DNA from: a phage
Direction: 5' to 3' (one strand)
Sequence record: PZ386973.1
Length of the DNA: 64,000 nt
Made by a program: the position numbers and the translations under genes. Below are positions 58,660 to 64,000 of this stretch, in pieces (position 1 is the stretch's first letter; each line of letters begins with the position of its first letter). Below the pieces are notes generated by a model. That model saw only the letters and a list, made by a program, of their open reading frames with translations. It did no database searches and was not told the DNA's origin.

Positions 58660-59135
58660 TGTCGGTTTTCCACATTTACACAGATGGTGCTTGTAAGTCT
58701 AACCCAGGTCCAGGTGCTTGGGGTTTTATTGTCTATGATGATAACGACGATCGTTTAGGTTCTAAATCGGGTTATAGTCCTAAAACTACAAATAATGAGA
58801 TGGAACTCACAGCTATTGTAGAAGCTCTACGTTGGTCTGTTAAAAAAGATAATAGACCAATTGCTATCTATACTGACTCTGCTTATTGCAAAAATGGCAT
58901 GGAAAGTTGGATGTTTTCTTGGCAAAGGAAAGGCTGGAAGAAAGCAGATGGTGAAGTTCCTCTTAATCTAGAACTTTGGCAGGAAGCATTTAGATTAACA
59001 CAGCAGTATATTAACTTTCATAATACTAACCCTACCTTTATTAAGGTTAAAGGACATTCTGGTATTAGTGGTAATGAAGCTGTAGATGCCTTATGTAATA
59101 CAGTTATTACTGAAGCTGAAATGGCTGAGATGTAA
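58659..59135 (+). CDS. rnh: Ribonuclease H (RNase HI-like)
   Basis: HIYTDGACKSNPGPGAWG, TNNEMELTAIVEAL, IYTDSAY, GHSG..NE.VDALC catalytic DEDD pattern. Confidence 0.85.
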   Translation: MSVFHIYTDGACKSNPGPGAWGFIVYDDNDDRLGSKSGYSPKTTNNEMELTAIVEALRWSVKKDNRPIAIYTDSAYCKNGMESWMFSWQRKGWKKADGEVPLNLELWQEAFRLTQQYINFHNTNPTFIKVKGHSGISGNEAVDALCNTVITEAEMAEM

Positions 59136-59155
59136 TAAATAAATTAAAAATTCTC

Positions 59156-59184
59156 TTGCTTAAAGCTCTCTAATTTAGTATAAT
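59156..59184 (+). promoter_or_regulatory. T5-type early promoter
   Basis: TTGCTT - 17 bp - TATAAT upstream of 59212..59496 and NADAR gene. Confidence 0.6.
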
Positions 59185-59211
59185 ATTCGTATTGAAAGTG
59201 AGGAGGGCTTT

Positions 59212-59496
59212 ATGCGGATTTATAACTCAAATTCATTAGGATTTAAACCATTGAGAAAACGTGCACAATCACCTCGTCAAATAAGAAAGGCTAATATTGG
59301 TGAGCCAGAAACACGTCTTCCACCTCCTCCAGAACAACGTTTAGTTTATCTGGACGAAGAATTAGCTGAACGCGAAAGAAAAGCTCAAGAAGAGATTGAG
59401 CGTAAGAAAATGTGTACTGCTCCAGCCTACTCCAAGGGGGCTTATCAGTATATCTATACAGCCGAGGAGGCTAAAGATGCGGGGCGTAAAAAATGA
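59212..59496 (+). CDS. Hypothetical protein
   Basis: 94-aa ORF with GAGGAGG RBS and promoter 59156..59184. Confidence 0.5.
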   Translation: MRIYNSNSLGFKPLRKRAQSPRQIRKANIGEPETRLPPPPEQRLVYLDEELAERERKAQEEIERKKMCTAPAYSKGAYQYIYTAEEAKDAGRKK

Positions 59497-59942
59497 AGAT
59501 TACTGAATTTAAAGGTACTTATAGTTTCTTATCTAACTTTTATTTATCACCAATTACTTTCGAATATCTAAATGAGATATGGCATGCTGATACTGTAGAA
59601 CATGCCTTTCAGGCTATGAAATCCGACCAAAAAGATGATGTAGCTCATGTACTGCGCTCCCTAAGTGCAGGAGTTGCCAAACGTAGGGGACGTAAATTAA
59701 CTCTGCGCTCTGACTGGGATAAGGTAAAAGATGATGTAATGCTAGAGCTTTTACGGTTAAAGTTTGCAATCCCTGATTTGAGAGACAAACTGTTAGCAAC
59801 AAAAAATGCAACTTTGGTCGAAGGAAATACCTGGGGAGATACATATTGGGGTGTTTGCCGAGGCATCGGGGATAATACTTTAGGAGTTCTTTTGATGCAG
59901 GTAAGGTCTGAAATTAAAAGAAGCTTACAGTTAATAAATTAA
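59493..59942 (+). CDS. NADAR / YbiA-like (DUF1768) domain protein
   Basis: 149 aa; FLSNFY N-terminal motif and W..VKDDVM...LRxKF...LLATxNAxLVE...DxYWG...GxNxLGxLLMxxR pattern similar to E. coli YbiA as recalled. Confidence 0.72.
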   Translation: MKITEFKGTYSFLSNFYLSPITFEYLNEIWHADTVEHAFQAMKSDQKDDVAHVLRSLSAGVAKRRGRKLTLRSDWDKVKDDVMLELLRLKFAIPDLRDKLLATKNATLVEGNTWGDTYWGVCRGIGDNTLGVLLMQVRSEIKRSLQLIN

Positions 59943-59950
59943 AAATTCAT

Positions 59951-59979
59951 TTGCTAAACGCTTCAAATTCTCGTATAAT
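59951..59979 (+). promoter_or_regulatory. T5-type early promoter
   Basis: TTGCTA - 17 bp - TATAAT then ATACTTCATAAATTGATAAAC. Confidence 0.6.
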
Positions 59980-60017
59980 ATACTTCATAAATTGATAAAC
60001 AAAAAGGAAAATAAATA

Positions 60018-60533
60018 ATGGCTAAGCAGAAAAACGCAAAAACTCAAGCAGCTCCGGCAGTTAAAACTTTCCCTCAGACTGAGGCTAATCGCAAAGCTCG
60101 TCTGGAACGCCACCTGCGCAAGCATCCTACCGATGCTCAGGCTGCGCAAGCACTGAATAACCCGGCTCCGATTCGCCAGAAACCTAAGGCTAAGAATACT
60201 GCTCGTTCTGTAGCCCGCCTTGTAACCTATGTGCAGGGTTATGGTCACAAATCTGTTCCAGTAACACTGAGTTTCAATGCTGGGGCTGAATTGTTCCCTC
60301 GTAATGGCATGGCTATGAAAGACTATGAGAAGGCAGTTAACCAGAAGCGTAAACCAACGGCAGATGTACTTCGTGACACTCGTGGCCAGTTTGGTTCTGT
60401 TAAACCAAATATTTTTGGCGTAGAATATAGCAAAGATAACGTTCGTGCTCTGTGCTACGGTGTAGGAATTAAGTTCACCGGCGATTCTGCTCGTAAATCT
60501 GCTAAACCAGCTCGCAAGCGTAAAGCGAAGTAA
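60018..60533 (+). CDS. Hypothetical basic protein
   Basis: 171 aa, Lys/Arg-rich termini; promoter 59951..59979; host-like codon bias. Confidence 0.55.
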   Translation: MAKQKNAKTQAAPAVKTFPQTEANRKARLERHLRKHPTDAQAAQALNNPAPIRQKPKAKNTARSVARLVTYVQGYGHKSVPVTLSFNAGAELFPRNGMAMKDYEKAVNQKRKPTADVLRDTRGQFGSVKPNIFGVEYSKDNVRALCYGVGIKFTGDSARKSAKPARKRKAK

Positions 60534-60542
60534 TAGATAAAT

Positions 60543-60558
60543 AGGGGCAGAAGCCCCT
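60543..60558 (+). other. GC-rich stem-loop after 60018..60533 (no U-tract)
   Basis: AGGGGC-AGAA-GCCCCT. Confidence 0.35.
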
Positions 60559-60596
60559 ACAATCTACTAATTCTCTAACTAATCAAGGATATTTTT

Positions 60597-60812
60597 ATGT
60601 TCTCTAAGAAACCACGTTCCGTTACTGAAATCGTTGCTTCCTTTACCACTATCACTGATGAGCTTCAAGCTCGTATTGAGGCTGATCAAAAAATTGCTGC
60701 GGATATTCAGAAACAGCAGGAAGAACTCGCTTTAAAGTTGGCTGAAACCAACAAGAGTGAAAAATCTGCCCAAACTATTATGGAAAATATCCTTAAACTG
60801 CTGGGCAAGTAA
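60597..60812 (+). CDS. Hypothetical protein (predicted coiled coil)
   Basis: 71-aa ORF flanked by hairpins. Confidence 0.5.
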   Translation: MFSKKPRSVTEIVASFTTITDELQARIEADQKIAADIQKQQEELALKLAETNKSEKSAQTIMENILKLLGK

Positions 60813-60820
60813 TTTAAATC

Positions 60821-60846
60821 AGGGGGCGAAAGCCCCTCTTATTTGG
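60821..60846 (+). terminator. Hairpin with GAAA tetraloop and T-rich tail
   Basis: GGGGC-GAAA-GCCCC followed by TCTTATTT. Confidence 0.5.
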
Positions 60847-60853
60847 AGAAACT

Positions 60854-61090
60854 ATGCGTAATTTTGTAGCAAAGAATGATTTTAACCGTGCTAGCACCCA
60901 TAAGTCAGCTAGGGATTATACACGACTTTCTAGTCATGAGGTAATGGATACCTGTTATGAAGAGCTGGAAGGTAGCTGGAATGAATGGCCCGACTTCTCT
61001 ATGGAAGAGAACTGGGATGTCAGTGAGGATATGCTTCCTGGTTTTAAAGACCCCAAGAAGTGGGAGTCTATTAAAGAGACAGCTCTTTAA
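60854..61090 (+). CDS. Hypothetical acidic protein
   Basis: 78-aa ORF with GGAGA RBS. Confidence 0.5.
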   Translation: MRNFVAKNDFNRASTHKSARDYTRLSSHEVMDTCYEELEGSWNEWPDFSMEENWDVSEDMLPGFKDPKKWESIKETAL

Positions 61091-61118
61091 TAGTTTTCTA
61101 CACAATAAAGGATAAGTT

Positions 61119-61820
61119 ATGAAAGTAAAACCATTTGGTATGCTAGATATTGAATCTCTAGGAACCCCTGGAGATTGTGGTACTACCCATATCGCAATGC
61201 CTTCATTCGCTTTTGTGGCTATGCATGGAATTGATAAAGACCCTGATCTAGTATTTGTTACTTTAGATGTACAAGATCAACTTAATTCTGGTGCCAAAGT
61301 TACAGCATCTACTCTAGCATTCTGGATGGATCAGGCTAAACATAGCCCGTCTGCTATTCACATTATGGAAGCTATGAAGGAACGTAATCCAAAACTGATT
61401 GCCTTCCAAAATGGTAAACATCATTGCACTAATAAATTAGGCTCAAACTATGCTGCCTTCTCTATGGCTCAAAATATTATGGAGTTGGCTCTAGGCGAAA
61501 ATGCTTTGTATTATGGCAATGGCCCAGAGTTTGATATGACTATCTACTCTGCAAACACGTTCCATGCTGGAACCAATGAAGAGGTAGTTCCGTGGAAATT
61601 CTGGAATTTGGGTAATGTTCGATCTCTTCGTAATCTCTGGATGCAAGCTGGATACAGTTATAAAGCTCTAGAGACAGAAGGTATTAGCTGGGCAATAGCT
61701 AAAATGGAGAAGATGGACACTATTCGTTATGGGATCTATCCGGTTAAGCATGATCCTGCATTTGATGCCTTAGTTGAAAGCTATTGTGTTGCAGCTATGA
61801 TCGAAAAAATGAAAATTTGA
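61119..61820 (+). CDS. DEDDh-type 3'-5' exonuclease (DnaQ-like)
   Basis: Exo I motif GMLDIESLG, Exo III-like YPVKHDPAFDAL (H-x4-D). Confidence 0.62.
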   Translation: MKVKPFGMLDIESLGTPGDCGTTHIAMPSFAFVAMHGIDKDPDLVFVTLDVQDQLNSGAKVTASTLAFWMDQAKHSPSAIHIMEAMKERNPKLIAFQNGKHHCTNKLGSNYAAFSMAQNIMELALGENALYYGNGPEFDMTIYSANTFHAGTNEEVVPWKFWNLGNVRSLRNLWMQAGYSYKALETEGISWAIAKMEKMDTIRYGIYPVKHDPAFDALVESYCVAAMIEKMKI

Positions 61821-61821
61821 T

Positions 61822-61850
61822 TTGCCTCCGGCTCCAAAATTCTGTATAAT
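61822..61850 (+). promoter_or_regulatory. T5-type early promoter
   Basis: TTGCCT - 17 bp - TATAAT then ATATTCATAAATTTGAGAAAAC. Confidence 0.6.
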
Positions 61851-61890
61851 ATATTCATAAATTTGAGAAAACAATAAAAGGAAAACAAAT

Positions 61891-62073
61891 ATGCCAGTAT
61901 CTAAAAATGTTCGTAAAAATGGTAAGAAAGCTACTCGTAATCTGGGTATCCGTCGTATGGCTGAACGTCAATCAGGTGTCCAGAAAATCTTTGATCTGCT
62001 AAATCGTGCTAATCCTAAAATTGATAACAGTAACGATACTGTTCTACGCACTCTGCTGGCAATTGGTCTGTAA
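61891..62073 (+). CDS. Hypothetical small basic protein
   Basis: 60-aa ORF with own promoter 61822..61850 and AAAGGA RBS. Confidence 0.45.
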   Translation: MPVSKNVRKNGKKATRNLGIRRMAERQSGVQKIFDLLNRANPKIDNSNDTVLRTLLAIGL

Positions 62074-62126
62074 TAGACCAAATTTAAACAAATTCAAATC
62101 TCAAACCTCATATAAGGAAGCAAATA

Positions 62127-62765
62127 ATGACTACTCGTATTTCTAAAACTCGCGCTCTGGCAACTATCAAATCTCTGGAAGCTAAAATCCGTAAAGCTAC
62201 TGAACAGCAGCTTCTGATCGCTGTTGGTGAAGGTAAGGATAAAAATAAGGTTGTAGTTGGCGCTGCAATCGAAGTAGACGATCTGTCTGCTCGTATTAAG
62301 GCAGATTTCCAATCTCTCCTGGATATGATGTCCCAGCGTGACCGTATCAAAGCTGCTCTGATTAAGAGCAATGCGGAAACAGTAGTTGAGATTGGTTCTC
62401 GTAAGATGACTGTTGCGGAAGCAATTGAAGCTAAACGTTCTATGGAGCTTAAAGCTCAGCTGCTGGCTAACATGCGTAAGCAGTTCCATGCCGCAACGGT
62501 TAAGTTTAATACCCAGAAAGCACAGTTTGATGCTAAATATGAGCGTTTGCAGGATAGCATGGCTACCCGCGATAAGAAAACTTCCGAAGATGAAGTTAAA
62601 ATGCAGCTCAACCTGCTGGAACTCAAGAATACCCCATTCTTGATTGATCCGCTGGAACTGGAGAAGCTGATTAAGCAGCATGACGAGGAATATCAGGACT
62701 TTGCAACAAATGTTGACTTTGTTCTGTCCGAGTCTAACGCCTCTACTTTCATTGAAGTAGAGTAA
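62127..62765 (+). CDS. Hypothetical protein (coiled-coil rich)
   Basis: 212-aa ORF with AAGGAAG RBS; host-like codon bias. Confidence 0.55.
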   Translation: MTTRISKTRALATIKSLEAKIRKATEQQLLIAVGEGKDKNKVVVGAAIEVDDLSARIKADFQSLLDMMSQRDRIKAALIKSNAETVVEIGSRKMTVAEAIEAKRSMELKAQLLANMRKQFHAATVKFNTQKAQFDAKYERLQDSMATRDKKTSEDEVKMQLNLLELKNTPFLIDPLELEKLIKQHDEEYQDFATNVDFVLSESNASTFIEVE

Positions 62766-63147
62766 TGATTTGAAAGCTAGTAAATCGGTAGACGAAAGCC
62801 CAAGCATCTTACCTCGCAGCAGCGGTTGAAATACGAGGTTAAATAAGACCGCTGACCATACTATAAAGTATAATCTATTGGAGATTATGTTTATTACACC
62901 AGCCTTTTAAGCTGACACGTAAGAACAAAGCGTCGTTGATATTACCGACACAACTTCAAAGATCAACATTTAAGTATGAAAGCTGAAAAGTTTAAAGAAC
63001 TCAAACTTCTAAACTTCTAAAGCTAAAAGATGCAAAGTATTCGTTGATGATTCAAACCCTAGATCAAAGGTACATGGCTCATAAGATATGGCCTGTGGCG
63101 CCTCTAGGCTGTTTATCGGTTTACTAGTTTCACAATTTAAAAATGTA

Positions 63148-63176
63148 TTTGCTAATTTATTAAGTTATCTGTATAA
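63148..63176 (+). promoter_or_regulatory. T5-type early promoter upstream of HNH_3 endonuclease gene
   Basis: TTGCTA - 17 bp - TATAAT. Confidence 0.6.
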
Positions 63177-63206
63177 TATATTTTTAAATTGATGAAACGA
63201 GGCTAT

Positions 63207-64000
63207 TATGGGTAAATTACAAAAACAAATACTACCATATATAGATTATATTCGAGAAATTATAGAGTATAATCCTTATACCGGTAAATTATTTTATAAG
63301 CCTAATAAATACAAGAATAAAACTTGGCACACCCTATATGCTGGGAGAGAAATATGTAGTAAGAACTCTGATGGGTACATCAGGGTTAGTTTGCTATTAG
63401 ATAATAAACCCACAATTATTTATGGACACCGAATAGCGTGGTTGCTCCATTATGGTGAAGAGCCGCCTTATATGATCGACCATATAAATACCATACCGTG
63501 GGATAACAGAATTATTAATCTAAGAGAGACAAATTTTAAGTTAAATAGGATTAATACTAGTAAAACCGTAGGTGTAGAACTCCTCCCCGAGGGTTTTGTG
63601 TATAGCATTACATTAGGTGGAAAGTTTTTCGTATCTCCTGGCTTCACCACTTTCGAACAAGCTAAAGTAGAAAGAGAAAAACTAGTAAATGGTTTATGTA
63701 ATGCAGAAATTGGGAAGCAGACCAATATTCTAATAGACGATGTTAGAGATTTACCTGAAATGTCCATTATTTGTCGTACAGTTATAGGTGCGCTGGAACT
63801 ATCAGATGTGTTTAGTTTTACAGGATCCTATTTATTTATGGACTCAGATTTAGGAGATCCAGAGGTACAAGGAAAAGATTTATTAGATCATATACTATCA
63901 TTAGGTCAAAGACCCCTAAAAGTGATTCTAGTAACATCTAATCCTGTTGACGCAGAGTACATGAGAGGTACTCTTACGTCTTATGGATACCGAGAAAATC
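63207..64000 (+). CDS. HNH_3-family endonuclease (homing/nicking type), 3'-partial; ORF runs off window end
   Basis: Not in supplied ORF track (no stop within window); translation from ATG 63207 gives GHRIAWLLHYGEEPPYMIDHINTIPWDNRIINLRETNFKLN; own promoter 63148..63176. Confidence 0.68.

Noticed and set aside
62094-62807. 237-aa and 87-aa minus-strand ORFs overlapping 62127..62765
   Set aside because: The + strand ORF has a promoter-proximal RBS and fits the operon direction; minus-strand ORFs lack start signals
62766-63147. Possible tRNA genes in the spacer before the HNH gene
   Set aside because: No segment with acceptor stem plus a GTTCRANYC-type T-loop could be folded by eye; left as unverified

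Overview
This window reads as a T5-like siphovirus genome segment (Demerecviridae/Tequintavirus-like), judged from gene order and protein motifs read by eye, not from a database search. Coordinates 1-24529 (+ strand) hold the late structural module: large terminase, an HNH endonuclease, portal, decoration protein, prohead protease, major capsid protein, connector and tail-completion proteins, tail tube protein, chaperone candidates, tape measure, distal tail protein, baseplate hub, pb4-like protein, collar and an L-shaped tail fibre with a C-terminal intramolecular chaperone. Coordinates 24576-51621 (- strand, convergent with the late module at a bidirectional terminator) hold the early replication and recombination module: dUTPase, flap endonuclease, Hjc-like resolvase, SbcCD-like nuclease, SF2 helicase, family A DNA polymerase, primase, DnaB-like helicase, split NAD-dependent ligase, PC4-like ssDNA-binding protein, UL9-like helicase, a Sir2-like/HAD-phosphatase operon and NrdD. 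Coordinates 51974-62765 (+ strand) hold early nucleotide-metabolism and accessory genes (PhoH, NrdA, NrdB, DHFR, ThyA, RNase H, a NADAR/YbiA-like protein, a DEDDh exonuclease and small hypotheticals), followed by a 5'-partial-free HNH_3 endonuclease ORF that runs off the window end. About 20 sigma70-type early promoters of the T5 type (TTGCTT-like -35, 17-bp spacer, TATAAT) and about 12 intrinsic terminator hairpins were located by eye. No rRNA, tRNA or CRISPR array could be supported. I found no clearly novel system; the best candidates for follow-up are the NADAR-like protein, the Sir2-like operon with a tandem paralog pair, a roughly 500-nt ORF-free leader upstream of the UL9-like helicase, and a possible +1 frameshift in the tail chaperone pair.
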